Below, in pieces: positions 17,091-25,903 of a stretch of 64,000 nt of DNA. Where the stretch lies: assembly GCA_036475815.1 (NCBI GenBank), contig JAZGAL010000012.1, forward strand, positions 1,969 through 65,968, in the 5' to 3' direction. A program made the position numbers and the translations under genes. The notes below the pieces were generated by a model. That model saw nothing but the letters and a program-made list of their open reading frames with translations, had not been told where the DNA came from and did no database searches. Each line of letters opens with the position of its first letter. Position 1 is the stretch's first letter. The DNA is from Gemmatimonadota bacterium. GTDB taxonomy: Bacteria; Gemmatimonadota; Gemmatimonadetes; Palauibacterales; KS3-K002.

Positions 17091-17525
17091 TTACTCACCG
17101 ATGATCTTGAGGACGACTCGCTTTGGCCGTCGACCATCCCACTCTCCGTAAAACACTCTTTGCCACGGTCCAAGGTCCAGCTTCCCCCCGGTCACCGGAA
17201 GGATCACCTCATGACCTATTGTCAGGTTGCGGAGGTGCGCCGCGCCGTTGTCCTCGCCGGTCCGATTATGAAGGTAGTCATCGCCTCGCGCCGGATGCCC
17301 CTCCCAGGGGGCCAGATCACCCTCCAGCCAGTCAAGGATGTCCTGGTGCAGGCCGGACTCGTTGTCGTTGACGAAGACCGATGCGGTGATGTGCATCGCG
17401 CTCACGAGGCACAGGCCTTCCCGCACACCGCTCTCTCCTACCTCGTCTTCGACCCAGGGAGTGATGTGAACGATCTCCTGGCGCCCCTTGGTACTGAATG
17501 TCCTGTATGCCGTGTGCGATTTCAT
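17091..17525 (-). CDS. yjbQ: YjbQ/UPF0047-family protein (secondary thiamine-phosphate synthase family)
   Basis: [20 protein letters not shown]...[53 protein letters not shown] is collinear with YjbQ. Confidence 0.85.
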   Translation of the reverse strand: MKSHTAYRTFSTKGRQEIVHITPWVEDEVGESGVREGLCLVSAMHITASVFVNDNESGLHQDILDWLEGDLAPWEGHPARGDDYLHNRTGEDNGAAHLRNLTIGHEVILPVTGGKLDLGPWQRVFYGEWDGRRPKRVVLKIIGE

Positions 17526-17561
17526 CGGCCTCCCTCGCTGCTGATGCGTCTACTGGTGTGG

Positions 17562-18302
17562 CTACCGCGGCCCATGCTCCTGCAGGTAGGCGCGTGCCGT
17601 TTCACGCCGCGCCGGTAGCGCTCGCCCGTGATCGATGTACTCGGGCCGGGACGCTGCTGCATCGGGCGTATAGGCGTCCAGGAACCGCTGAAAGAACTCG
17701 ACCGCCAGGTCCGTACGACCCAGGCGGTCGTAAGAGCGCGCGGCGGCGGACAGGCCGAGAAGATGGTCAGGGACCTCCGCCAGGATGGTGTCGGCCTGCG
17801 CCAGGGCGTCCTCAGGCTGCTCAGCCGCCAGCATCAGGAGGGCCAGGTGGTACCTGGCGTCGAGGTCGAGCATATCGAGATCCTCGTAGGCGGCGATCGC
17901 CATGGGGATGAACCGCCGCGCGGCGTCGGCGTCGCCCGTCTCGTATGCGGCCATCGCCTGGTTGAACAGTCCGTCGGCGGCGGCCCGTGGCGACAGGGTC
18001 GCCGGGGCCCCTCCGGTTCCCGCCCCGATATCGGTGATGGAGATGCGCTGGGACGGGACGGCATCGGTGCCCGCCCCGCTCTTCCCGTAGTGCAGGAAGG
18101 CATAGAGAGCGGCTAGGGCGACGAGCGCCAGCCCGAAGGCTCGCAGCCCGGGGATGCCACGCATGCCGCCGTTCGTCTTGGCATCCGGCGATAGCGCGGC
18201 ACCGCATTTCCGGCAGAACCGATCGCTGGCATCGCTTGGAGTTCCGCAGCTGGGACAACGAAGCTGCTCTCCGGCTGATTTCCTGGTGCGTTCCTTACTC
18301 AT
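17562..18302 (-). CDS. Zinc-ribbon / single-TM / TPR-repeat protein
   Basis: N-terminal CPSCGTPSDASDRFCRKCGAAL, hydrophobic helix LRAFGLALVALAALYAFL, then TPR-like helical repeats. Confidence 0.7.
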   Translation of the reverse strand: MSKERTRKSAGEQLRCPSCGTPSDASDRFCRKCGAALSPDAKTNGGMRGIPGLRAFGLALVALAALYAFLHYGKSGAGTDAVPSQRISITDIGAGTGGAPATLSPRAAADGLFNQAMAAYETGDADAARRFIPMAIAAYEDLDMLDLDARYHLALLMLAAEQPEDALAQADTILAEVPDHLLGLSAAARSYDRLGRTDLAVEFFQRFLDAYTPDAAASRPEYIDHGRALPARRETARAYLQEHGPR

Positions 18303-18432
18303 ACGTTGTCGAACCGCTGCGCTGGGTGTTGCGTTGGGATAGGAACGGGCGGTAATCTAGGGGCGGTTTACAAAGCGGGGAAGGGCGGGCTCAACGGTTG
18401 TTACCTTCATAACCAGAATCCACACAACAGCA

Positions 18433-19533
18433 TTGTCCAGCTTCGGCAGTTACTTTCTCCCGGGACCGACCGAGGTCAGGCCTGAAGTCCTGGGTGCGAT
18501 GGTACGGCCGGTCATCGGTCACCGTGGCCGGGAGATGGAAGAGTTGATGGAGCGCGTCGCGCCACGGTTACGGCATCTGTTCCGCACCCAGCGGCCGGTG
18601 TATGTGTCGACTTCGTCTGCCACGGGTCTGATGGAAGCGGCTATCCGCAACTGTGTGAGTCTGCGGGTCCTGTCGCTGGTGTGCGGCGCCTTCAGCGAGC
18701 GCTTCTACAGGATCGCCCGGGCCTGCGGTCGAGAAGCGGACCGCCTCGATGTCGAGCTTGGCGAGTCCAACGAACCGGGTCGGTTGGTGGACGCGCTTGC
18801 GCGTAGAGAGTACGATGCGGTCACGGTCGTTCACTCCGAGACCTCGACGGGGGTGCTCAACCCACTGCGAGAAATCGCCGCGGCCGTGCGCGAGGTATCG
18901 CCGGACACTCTGGTCCTTGTGGACTGCGTGACCTCTCTGGCAGCAGCGCCGGTTGAGGTCGATGCCTGGCGGCTCGACTTCGCCCTCACCGGTTCGCAGA
19001 AGGGCATGGCGCTGCCGCCGGGCCTCGCCTTCGGGGTTGCCTCACAGCGTGCCTACGATCGATCGCTGGGGGTCGCGGACCGGGGGCTCTACTTCAGCTT
19101 TGAGGCGTTCGAGGCGGCGGTCGCGGGCAACCAGACGTCGAATACGCCTGCCGTATCGCTGCTGTATGCGCTCGATGCCCAGCTCGAGCGGATCGAGGCG
19201 GAGGGATTGGAAGCGCGCTGGGCCCGGCATCGGGCCATGGCGGAGCGCACCTGGCGATGGGTCGACGAAATGCGCGCGCGCCACGGCGTCGACCTGCAGG
19301 TGCTTGCGGCGGAAGACCGACGTTCGCCTTCGGTGACTTGCGTCGTTCTGCCGGATGAGCTGAACGGTGTCGAGATCACACGTCGCATGGCGGAGCTCGG
19401 ATACACTATCGCGTCGGGCTACGGGAGGCTCAAGGAAAAGAGCTTTCGCATCGGCCATATGGGTGATCATACTATGGGTGAACTGGAGGGGCTTCTCGAG
19501 GTCCTTGCTTCCGTGATAGTAGATAAACGCTAA
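18433..19533 (+). CDS. Class V pyridoxal-phosphate aminotransferase (serine-pyruvate/phosphoserine aminotransferase-like)
   Basis: TTG start. FLPGPTEV, VHSETSTGV, TGSQKGMALPPGLAF (PLP-lysine motif). Immediately upstream of the SerA-like dehydrogenase. Confidence 0.8.
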   Translation: MSSFGSYFLPGPTEVRPEVLGAMVRPVIGHRGREMEELMERVAPRLRHLFRTQRPVYVSTSSATGLMEAAIRNCVSLRVLSLVCGAFSERFYRIARACGREADRLDVELGESNEPGRLVDALARREYDAVTVVHSETSTGVLNPLREIAAAVREVSPDTLVLVDCVTSLAAAPVEVDAWRLDFALTGSQKGMALPPGLAFGVASQRAYDRSLGVADRGLYFSFEAFEAAVAGNQTSNTPAVSLLYALDAQLERIEAEGLEARWARHRAMAERTWRWVDEMRARHGVDLQVLAAEDRRSPSVTCVVLPDELNGVEITRRMAELGYTIASGYGRLKEKSFRIGHMGDHTMGELEGLLEVLASVIVDKR

Positions 19534-19542
19534 GAAACGGAG

Positions 19543-20511
19543 ATGGTCGTGTCAGAATACAGCTTCCGCGTGGTGCTGGCTGATGAGATCGCGCCCGAAG
19601 GCGTTCGGCTACTCGAGCAGACCGAACGTCTGCAGGTCGACGACCGGGCGGGGATCAGCGCTCCCGAGCTCGTGTCGGTCATCGGCGGTTACGATGCTCT
19701 GATAGTGCGTAGCCGGACGAAGGTCACTGCCGAAATCCTCGAGGCTGGCGACCGCCTCAAGGTTGTGGGCAGAGCGGGAGTCGGAGTCGACAACATCGAC
19801 GTCGATGCCGCGCGCCGGCGTGGAATCCGGGTGCTGAACGCGCAAAGTGGTAACGTGATCTCTGCGGCGGAGCACACGCTCGCTCTCATGCTGGCCCTTG
19901 TCCGCCACATACCCCAGGCCGACGCGTCTCTCAGAAGGGGGGAGTGGGAGCGCAGCCGCTTCAGAGGGATCGAACTGCACGGCAAGACCCTGGGTCTGCT
20001 GGGCGCGGGGCGTATCGGTTCCGAGGTGGCCCGGCGCGCCGCGGCGTTCGGAATGCAGGTAGTGGTGTATGATCCCTATCTATCTGTGGAGCGTGCCAGG
20101 GAGGTGGGTGCGGAGCTGACGACGCTGGCTGATCTGCTCGAGCGGGCTGATCTGATCACGGTTCACGTTCCGCTCACCGACGAAACGCGCGGGCTCATCG
20201 GCGCTGAAGCGATCGCCGCGATGAAGCCCACAGCCTACCTGATCAACGCTGCCCGGGGCGGTGTAGTGGACGAGATGGCGCTGGCGGCGGCGCTCGAGAG
20301 CGGAAAGCTGGCGGGCGCGGCCCTGGATGTGTTCGAAGAGGAGCCGGTGCGGGCGGACCATCCCTTGTTGAGTCTCGAGAACGTGGTCGCGGTGCCGCAC
20401 CTCGGCGCCGCGACGAAGGAAGCGCAGGCGAACTCGGGACTCGAGATCTGCAAGGCCGTACGGGACGCGCTGATCGCCAGTGATACTCGCTCCGCCGTGA
20501 ACGTGTCGTAA
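19543..20511 (+). CDS. serA: D-3-phosphoglycerate dehydrogenase-like D-2-hydroxyacid dehydrogenase (short form, no ACT domain)
   Basis: GLLGAGRIGSEVARRA (NAD motif), TVHVPLT, NAARGGVVDE, PHLGA. 322 aa. Confidence 0.8.
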   Translation: MVVSEYSFRVVLADEIAPEGVRLLEQTERLQVDDRAGISAPELVSVIGGYDALIVRSRTKVTAEILEAGDRLKVVGRAGVGVDNIDVDAARRRGIRVLNAQSGNVISAAEHTLALMLALVRHIPQADASLRRGEWERSRFRGIELHGKTLGLLGAGRIGSEVARRAAAFGMQVVVYDPYLSVERAREVGAELTTLADLLERADLITVHVPLTDETRGLIGAEAIAAMKPTAYLINAARGGVVDEMALAAALESGKLAGAALDVFEEEPVRADHPLLSLENVVAVPHLGAATKEAQANSGLEICKAVRDALIASDTRSAVNVS

Positions 20512-20576
20512 CTGGCGTTCATTCGTACGCCCGGCCCGGTTGATCGGCCGCGCCTGGTGCATGACTCGGAGCTTTG

Positions 20577-20837
20577 CTACTCGCCAGAATACTCGCCCGG
20601 TTCCGGCGCACCTGTGCGTGCACGATCCTCCAGCGGTCCGTAAACAGCCGCTGCCCAGATCTCTTCAGCCAGCCACTCGACCCGCATGCGCGCCTTGTCC
20701 AGCTCCTCACGCGGCATGGTTGTGCCGTCGTGGCTGAGAGTTCTGGCGAGCAGCACGATTTCATCCAACCGCTCTCTCAGTTCATGATTTCGCCGCCGGT
20801 CGCCACTCGCAGGGTAATCTCCCCGGGTTTCAGACAT
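20577..20837 (-). CDS. Hypothetical small protein
   Basis: 86-aa ORF. The ATG is 4 nt after the DmpA-like stop, with an AAGGGA SD. Coding-like GC3. No motif recognised. Confidence 0.5.
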   Translation of the reverse strand: MSETRGDYPASGDRRRNHELRERLDEIVLLARTLSHDGTTMPREELDKARMRVEWLAEEIWAAAVYGPLEDRARTGAPEPGEYSGE

Positions 20838-20841
20838 TCCC

Positions 20842-22089
20842 TTATCTCCTCAGGCCGTGCTTGGTGAGTATCTCCAGTGTCTCGTCGATGGGCAGCGCTT
20901 CGACGGTGCCGCGATGGCCGCTCACCGTGACAGCCTTGAACAGCGAGTTGTAGATCGCCTCCTCGGTGGCCTCCACAACCGCCTGGAAGAGCGGTGACAT
21001 CCCCTGATTGGGAAGGTCGGCGATCGAGAGCGGCTCCCTCGTGCCACCCCGTCGCCTCACGGACTCAGCGGTCGAGAAAGCGATGACATAGTCACCGCTT
21101 CCGTTCGTGCTGGGCGAGCCGGTTCGAGCCAGCCCGTGGATCGCACGGGCTGCCAGACGTTCGAGGTTACGGTGGGAAAGTGGAGCGTCGGTCGCGACGA
21201 CTATCATGATGGACCCGTCGCCGGGGTCGTCTTCGGCGCCCGCTTCCTCGGACTCGACGTAGTCGCGGAAGATATAGCGGCCCAGCTCTATGCCGACCGG
21301 CGCCCCGAGGATTTGGAGCGTACCGCCGAAGTTGGATTGGACCAGGACGCCGACGGTCCAGCCTCCCAGCGCTTCTGGTAGCACGCGCGAGCTGGTGCCG
21401 ATCCCGCCTTTCCAACCGAAGGCGCGCGTGCCCGTTCCGGCACCCACCGCCCCCTCGGCCACCGGGCCGGAACTGGCGGATTCCAGGGCGCTGATGACGT
21501 GCTCCGCCAGGATCGGGCGGGCGCGGATGTCGTTCAGGAAGCCGTCGTTGGTTTCGCCCACAACCGGGTTGATCGACCGTACTGTCTCCATATCCGGCTG
21601 ACGGAGCAAGTACTCCGCCAGGGCATCGGCGACGCGCCAGACGCAAAGCGTACAGGTGAGAGCGATGGGGGTCTCCAGTTCACCCAGCTCCTGCACCTGT
21701 GTCGAGCCCACCAGCTTCCCGAAAGCGTTGGCAACGTATATGGCGGCCGGAACCCGTTCCCTGTAGATATTGCCTCCGTGAGGCACGACGACGGTGACGC
21801 CGGTGCGGATCGAGTCGCCCTCCCAGACGGTTGTCTGTCCTACCCGAACGCCGGTGACGTCGGTGATCGCGTTGAGCGCTCCGGGCTGGAAGATTCCCGG
21901 GGCGATGCCGAGCTCCCGTGCCCGTGGTCTGTTGTTCTGAGCGGTCATCTCTGTCGCTATAAGCGTCATGAAGATCGGAATGGCGAGCACGCGGAGCAGA
22001 TGTGCGACGCGCAATGGCATGGCAGTCGAGAGCTTGATCATCGACGCTGGATTCCGGAACGCACTCTCCCAGGTTCGACTACTCGCCAT
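20842..22089 (-). CDS. DmpA/P1 (S58) family aminopeptidase, secreted
   Basis: NAITDVTGVRVGQTT, GTGTRAFGWKGGIGTSSR, VVATDAPL. Signal-like MPLRVAHLLRVLAIPIFMTLIATEMTAQ. Start ambiguous (22089, 22041 or 22020). Confidence 0.8.
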   Translation of the reverse strand: MASSRTWESAFRNPASMIKLSTAMPLRVAHLLRVLAIPIFMTLIATEMTAQNNRPRARELGIAPGIFQPGALNAITDVTGVRVGQTTVWEGDSIRTGVTVVVPHGGNIYRERVPAAIYVANAFGKLVGSTQVQELGELETPIALTCTLCVWRVADALAEYLLRQPDMETVRSINPVVGETNDGFLNDIRARPILAEHVISALESASSGPVAEGAVGAGTGTRAFGWKGGIGTSSRVLPEALGGWTVGVLVQSNFGGTLQILGAPVGIELGRYIFRDYVESEEAGAEDDPGDGSIMIVVATDAPLSHRNLERLAARAIHGLARTGSPSTNGSGDYVIAFSTAESVRRRGGTREPLSIADLPNQGMSPLFQAVVEATEEAIYNSLFKAVTVSGHRGTVEALPIDETLEILTKHGLRR

Positions 22090-22870
22090 GGAGGCGAGCT
22101 CTGGCCTTCACGGCCAGGTCTGGCTTCTTGGTGATGATGCCGTCTACACCCCAGCCAAGCAACCTGTCCATGTCGGCTTCGCTGTCGACGGTCCAAACGT
22201 GGATGCGCATCCCCAGTTCGTGCACCCGCTCCACCAGTCGCGGCGTCACCACGCGCAAGCCCCAGTGCGTCTCGGGCACCTGCAGGGCATCCACCTTCGC
22301 TCCCCAGAGGCCGTCGAGTCGTGTCCAGTGGAGCAGGATGAAGACGAGCATCTGGTCCATGGTGATGCTGCGAGGTCCCGAGTAGCCGCGCAGCGCTGGG
22401 GCGCGTTGCCAGGAGTACCATGAGGCGAGCAAGACACGATCGTTGGCACCATGTTCGTCGATGAGGCGGCGCGTGGCCCGGGCGACACGTCGTTCCTTGA
22501 TGTCGAGGTTGAAGCGTGCCTCGGGAAACGCCTCGAGCGTTTCCGCCAGCGTCATCACTCGCTGGCCCTTGCCTCGGTAAGGGAATGATATGCCACCGTC
22601 AGGCGACCAGCGGTACCCGGCGTCAAAGCTCCTTAGCTCGTCGAGAGTGTATTGATTGAGAGGGCCACGGCCGTCCGTGTTCTCCGAGAGGTCGCCGCTG
22701 TGATGTAGGACGGGGTGTCCGTCTCGGGATAGATGGACGTCAGCCTCGATCGCGTCCGCGCCCTGCTCGAATGCCAGGCGCATGGCATCGAGGGTGTGCT
22801 CGGGCGCGTAGCCCGAAGCGCCGCGGTGCGCCATGACCAGAGGCTCGCCGGAGAAAAAGATGTGCGGCAT
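22079..22870 (-). CDS. Glycerophosphodiester phosphodiesterase
   Basis: MAHRGASGYAPEHTLDAMRLAFEQGADAIEADVHLSRDGHPV. The ORF-track start at 23032 would overlap the upstream gene, so the start is placed at the ATG at 22870 (MPHIFFSGEPLVMAHRG). Confidence 0.85.
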   Translation of the reverse strand: MPHIFFSGEPLVMAHRGASGYAPEHTLDAMRLAFEQGADAIEADVHLSRDGHPVLHHSGDLSENTDGRGPLNQYTLDELRSFDAGYRWSPDGGISFPYRGKGQRVMTLAETLEAFPEARFNLDIKERRVARATRRLIDEHGANDRVLLASWYSWQRAPALRGYSGPRSITMDQMLVFILLHWTRLDGLWGAKVDALQVPETHWGLRVVTPRLVERVHELGMRIHVWTVDSEADMDRLLGWGVDGIITKKPDLAVKARARLHGE

Positions 22871-22899
22871 GTATGCAAGTATTGGAATACCAACCCTCC

Positions 22900-24357
22900 T
22901 TAGTACTTGGGCATGGATGGGTCGACTTCGTCCGACCAGGCCAGGAGGCCGCCCGTCAGGTTGTATGCCCGTCGGAACCCTGCTTCCTGCAACAGCCGTA
23001 CGGCGCGCGCGCTTCGCGCGCCACTCCTGCAAAGCACGACGATATCCTCGGTGCTGTCCAGCCCGTTCATCTGGCCGGGTAATGACGCCAACGGGATCAG
23101 TTCCGCCGTTTCAAGGTTGCAGATGTTCCACTCGTGCGGTTCTCTCACGTCGATGATTCGAATCGGATCACCAGCATCGAGACGAGCTTTCAGATCGGTG
23201 GCCGTGATAGTGGGCACCTGTCCCTGAAGACCCTGCTGTTCCAGCGCCGCCTCGGTCACCCCGCAGAACGCTTCGTAGTCGATCAACTCGTGGATGGTGG
23301 GATTCTCCCCGCAGATCGGGCAATCCGGATCCTTGCGCAGGCGTAACTCACGGAACTTCATGCGTAGGGAATCGAAGAGAAGCAGGCGACCGATGAGCGG
23401 CTCACCCTGACCGAGTATCAACTTGACCGTCTCGTTGGCCTGCATGGTGCCGACTATGCCGGGCAATACGCCGAGAACACCCCCCTCGGCGCACGAGGGA
23501 ACGAGGCCTGGCGGTGGCGGCTCACGGAACAGGCAGCGGTAACACGGCCCCTCACGGGCATAGAAGACCGATACCTGGCCTTCGAACCTGAAGATTGAGC
23601 CGTAGACGTTCGGCTTCCCTAGAAGCACGCAGGCATCGTTCACGAGGTATCGCGTTGGAAAGTTATCTGTCCCGTCCACGATAATGTCGTAGTCTTTCAG
23701 TATCTCCATGGCGTTGTCGGACAGGAGCCGAACCTCATGCCTCTCGACGGTGATCTCCGGGTTTATGTCGAGCAGGCGCTCGCGCGCTGAAGCCAGCTTG
23801 GAGCGCCCGACATCCCCGGTGCCGTGGATGATCTGACGTTGGAGATTGCTGTAGTCGACGACATCGAAGTCCACCAGCCCGATCGTTCCGACACCGGCCG
23901 CCGCCAGGTATAGCGATGCGGGCGAGCCTAGGCCTCCGGCGCCGATGAGGAGAACGCGGGCTTGCTTGAGCTTCTTCTGCCCCTCGAGGCCCACCTCGGG
24001 CATGATGATGTGGCGGGCGTAGCGCCGGATTTCGTCGCGGCTCAGTTCCACTTGATCCGCCCCCAAGACCGTTGCGGCACCGCCGGCGATGGACGGGACG
24101 ATTCTGATCTCGTCGCCGTCTCCCACGCCGGTCTCCTCCCCGTCTTCAAGGTAGCGGATATCCTCGTCGTTAAGATAGATGTTGACGAAGCTGCGCAGAC
24201 TCCCGTCTTCCGTGTAGAGGTGCCGCCTGAGCGCCGAGTGGCGACTTGTCAGCTGGCCAAGCGCTTGCGCCACGGTGCCCGCCTCGACCTCTATCTTATC
24301 CCGCCCCTCGGTGTACTGCCTGAGGGGCGTAGGTACTATGACTGAGATGGTCTTCAT
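22900..24357 (-). CDS. moeZ: Fusion protein: CysO/MoaD-like ubiquitin-fold sulfur carrier + MoeZ/MoeB-type adenylyltransferase (E1) + rhodanese
   Basis: One uninterrupted 485-aa ORF. aa 1-93 ...FVNIYLNDEDIRY...GDEIRIVPSIAGG. Then RYARHIIMPEVGLEGQKKLKQARVLLIGAGGLGSP, NLQRQIIH, CYRC/CPIC zinc motifs. C-terminal rhodanese with CRSGARS. Confidence 0.9.
   Translation of the reverse strand: MKTISVIVPTPLRQYTEGRDKIEVEAGTVAQALGQLTSRHSALRRHLYTEDGSLRSFVNIYLNDEDIRYLEDGEETGVGDGDEIRIVPSIAGGAATVLGADQVELSRDEIRRYARHIIMPEVGLEGQKKLKQARVLLIGAGGLGSPASLYLAAAGVGTIGLVDFDVVDYSNLQRQIIHGTGDVGRSKLASARERLLDINPEITVERHEVRLLSDNAMEILKDYDIIVDGTDNFPTRYLVNDACVLLGKPNVYGSIFRFEGQVSVFYAREGPCYRCLFREPPPPGLVPSCAEGGVLGVLPGIVGTMQANETVKLILGQGEPLIGRLLLFDSLRMKFRELRLRKDPDCPICGENPTIHELIDYEAFCGVTEAALEQQGLQGQVPTITATDLKARLDAGDPIRIIDVREPHEWNICNLETAELIPLASLPGQMNGLDSTEDIVVLCRSGARSARAVRLLQEAGFRRAYNLTGGLLAWSDEVDPSMPKY
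22903..23211 (-). other. Rhodanese domain of the fusion protein
   Basis: IIDVREPHEWNICNLETAELIPL...IVVLCRSGARSARAVRLLQEAGFRRAYNLTGGLLAW, with active-site Cys in CRSGARS. Confidence 0.85.
24079..24357 (-). other. CysO/MoaD/ThiS-like beta-grasp domain ending in Gly92-Gly93 (internal to the fusion ORF)
   Basis: Codons GCC GGC GGT (A91 G92 G93) read directly at 24087-24079, followed in frame by GCC GCA ACG (AAT...). Closely resembles, from memory, M. tuberculosis CysO (FVNIYVNDEDVRF...ILPAVAGG). Confidence 0.8.
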
Positions 24358-24848
24358 CTGTCTTGCGTCCCTATTGTCGCTCGATTCTCATCCCCCACCA
24401 ACAGCGATATGAAACCCCGTCGATCGTCAGCCAGTCGCCAGGCCTCGGCACGGGCCATACGCCCGTTCTCGACGCTGACGATCAGATAGATATACCAGGG
24501 CCAGGCATGCTCCCGGTCGAAGGCCGAGGGCACGGGCGCAGCGTCCGGGTGAGAGTGGTAGTATCCAACAACCTGGACGTTCGCCGCCTCGGCCCGGCGC
24601 TCGAGTTCCACAACGGCACCTGGCCCGATCAAATAGCGCCGGCGACGCTCCTCCTCTCGAGCGTTCGCGAGCGATACGGCGTCCGCGACCTCGATGGCGC
24701 GCTCGTCCCGCACCAGGCCCAGCAGGCCGCCACAAGCTTCCTCTGGATAAGCGCCTTCCACGTGCGCCCGAATCTTCGCCAGGATGTGTCGGCTCAGGAT
24801 CAGGTTTATTCTCCTCTCGGCAACTTCCCGTGAGCGCTCTTCTTTCAT
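24354..24848 (-). CDS. mec: JAB1/MPN/Mov34 (JAMM) metallopeptidase, Mec+-like
   Basis: EEACGGLLG and YYHSHPDAAPVPSAFD (E...HxHx7Sx2D JAMM motif). Stop overlaps the fusion-gene start (ATGA). Confidence 0.85.
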   Translation of the reverse strand: MKEERSREVAERRINLILSRHILAKIRAHVEGAYPEEACGGLLGLVRDERAIEVADAVSLANAREEERRRRYLIGPGAVVELERRAEAANVQVVGYYHSHPDAAPVPSAFDREHAWPWYIYLIVSVENGRMARAEAWRLADDRRGFISLLVGDENRATIGTQDR

Positions 24849-24870
24849 TTCATTTCATTTCATCGTCTGC

Positions 24871-25830
24871 CTACCACAGTCCCAGGCTCGAATAGCGCAT
24901 CCCGCTGTCGGGGAAAATGGCTACGACGCGTCCTTCGCTAAGTTCCGCCGCGATGGTTCGGGCGACGAACGCCGCGGCACCCGATGACGGGCCTACCAAC
25001 AGTCCGAGCTCACGCGCCAGGTGTCGCGTCATGTCGTAGGCATCCTCCGTCCGCACCCGCTGCGTGCGAGTTGGGATGGCCGGGTCGTAGAGACCGGGAA
25101 CGATAGAGGTAGGCAGGTGCTTGAGCCCTTCGATCCCGTGAAACCCGTCGTCCGGCTCGACGGCGATGAGCTGAACGCCGGGGTTGCGCTCCTTCAGGTA
25201 GCGTCCGGTGCCCATCAAAGTTCCGGTTGTGCCCAATCCGCAGACCAGGTGAGTGATCCTGCCTCGCGTCTGCCACCAGATCTCCGGGCCGGTCGTCTCG
25301 TAGTGGGCCCGCGCGTTGGCCGGATTGCTGTACTGGTCGGCGTAGAAATATCGATCCGATCTCTCGCCGGCTAGCTGCCGAGCGCGCAAGATGGCACCGT
25401 CCGAGCCCTCCAGAGGGTCCGTCTCGAAAACCTCAGCCCCGTAGGCGTGGAGCAGCGCCTTACGCTCCTCGCCGGCGTTCGCCGGTAGGCAGATTGTTAC
25501 GCCGAACCCGCGCGCAGCGCCCAACATGGCGTAGGCGATGGCGGTGTTGCCGGAGCTGGCGTCCAGCAGGCGCCTAACCGGAAGCTCGCCCGCCAGCTCG
25601 GCATCGAGGACGATGGCGCGGGCGGCCCGGTCCTTTACGGAACCTCCCGGGTTCAGCCACTCGGCCTTTGCCAGTACGCCGATTCGGGGAGGGAGCCCGG
25701 GCAGCGGCAGCGGAACGAGCGGGGTTCCGCCGATCAGCTCTGTAATCCCCTGCGGCGACCTGTCACCAATTTTCCTATGCAGGCGGGCTTCCGGCGACCG
25801 CCTCAGGCCTGACTGACTTACGGCTACCAT
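24871..25830 (-). CDS. cysM: Cysteine synthase, CysM type (PLP-dependent)
   Basis: NPGGSVKDRAA (PLP lysine), SSGNTAIAYA, GLGTTGTLMGTGRYL, SSGAA. The ATG at 25869 lies inside the loop of the upstream hairpin, so the ATG at 25830 is preferred. The start remains ambiguous. Confidence 0.9.
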   Translation of the reverse strand: MVAVSQSGLRRSPEARLHRKIGDRSPQGITELIGGTPLVPLPLPGLPPRIGVLAKAEWLNPGGSVKDRAARAIVLDAELAGELPVRRLLDASSGNTAIAYAMLGAARGFGVTICLPANAGEERKALLHAYGAEVFETDPLEGSDGAILRARQLAGERSDRYFYADQYSNPANARAHYETTGPEIWWQTRGRITHLVCGLGTTGTLMGTGRYLKERNPGVQLIAVEPDDGFHGIEGLKHLPTSIVPGLYDPAIPTRTQRVRTEDAYDMTRHLARELGLLVGPSSGAAAFVARTIAAELSEGRVVAIFPDSGMRYSSLGLW

Positions 25831-25841
25831 GATCGTATCGA

Positions 25842-25886
25842 TAGAAAATGAAAAGCCGGCCGTGACCATCTGGGCCGCGGCCGGCT
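25842..25886 (-). terminator. Intrinsic-terminator-like hairpin between the poly-Cys uORF and cysM (candidate attenuator)
   Basis: Minus-strand RNA AGCCGGCCG-(15 nt)-CGGCCGGCU gives a perfect 9-bp GC stem (plus coordinates 25878-25886 / 25854-25862), followed by UUUUCAUUUUCU. Confidence 0.55.
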
Positions 25887-25903
25887 GGTACTGCCTGGGT
25901 GCT

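Noticed and set aside
16800-17618. 272-aa plus-strand ORF spanning the YjbQ and zinc-ribbon loci
   Set aside because: It is antisense to a clear YjbQ-family gene and has no motifs of its own, so it is a shadow ORF.
22900-24848. Ubl + E1 + JAMM as a bacterial ubiquitin-like conjugation/antiviral (Bil/CBASS-Cap2-type) system
   Set aside because: No E2-like gene is present. The E1 carries a rhodanese domain, and the operon begins with CysM and a poly-Cys leader. All of this points to sulfur-carrier chemistry (CysO pathway) rather than protein conjugation.
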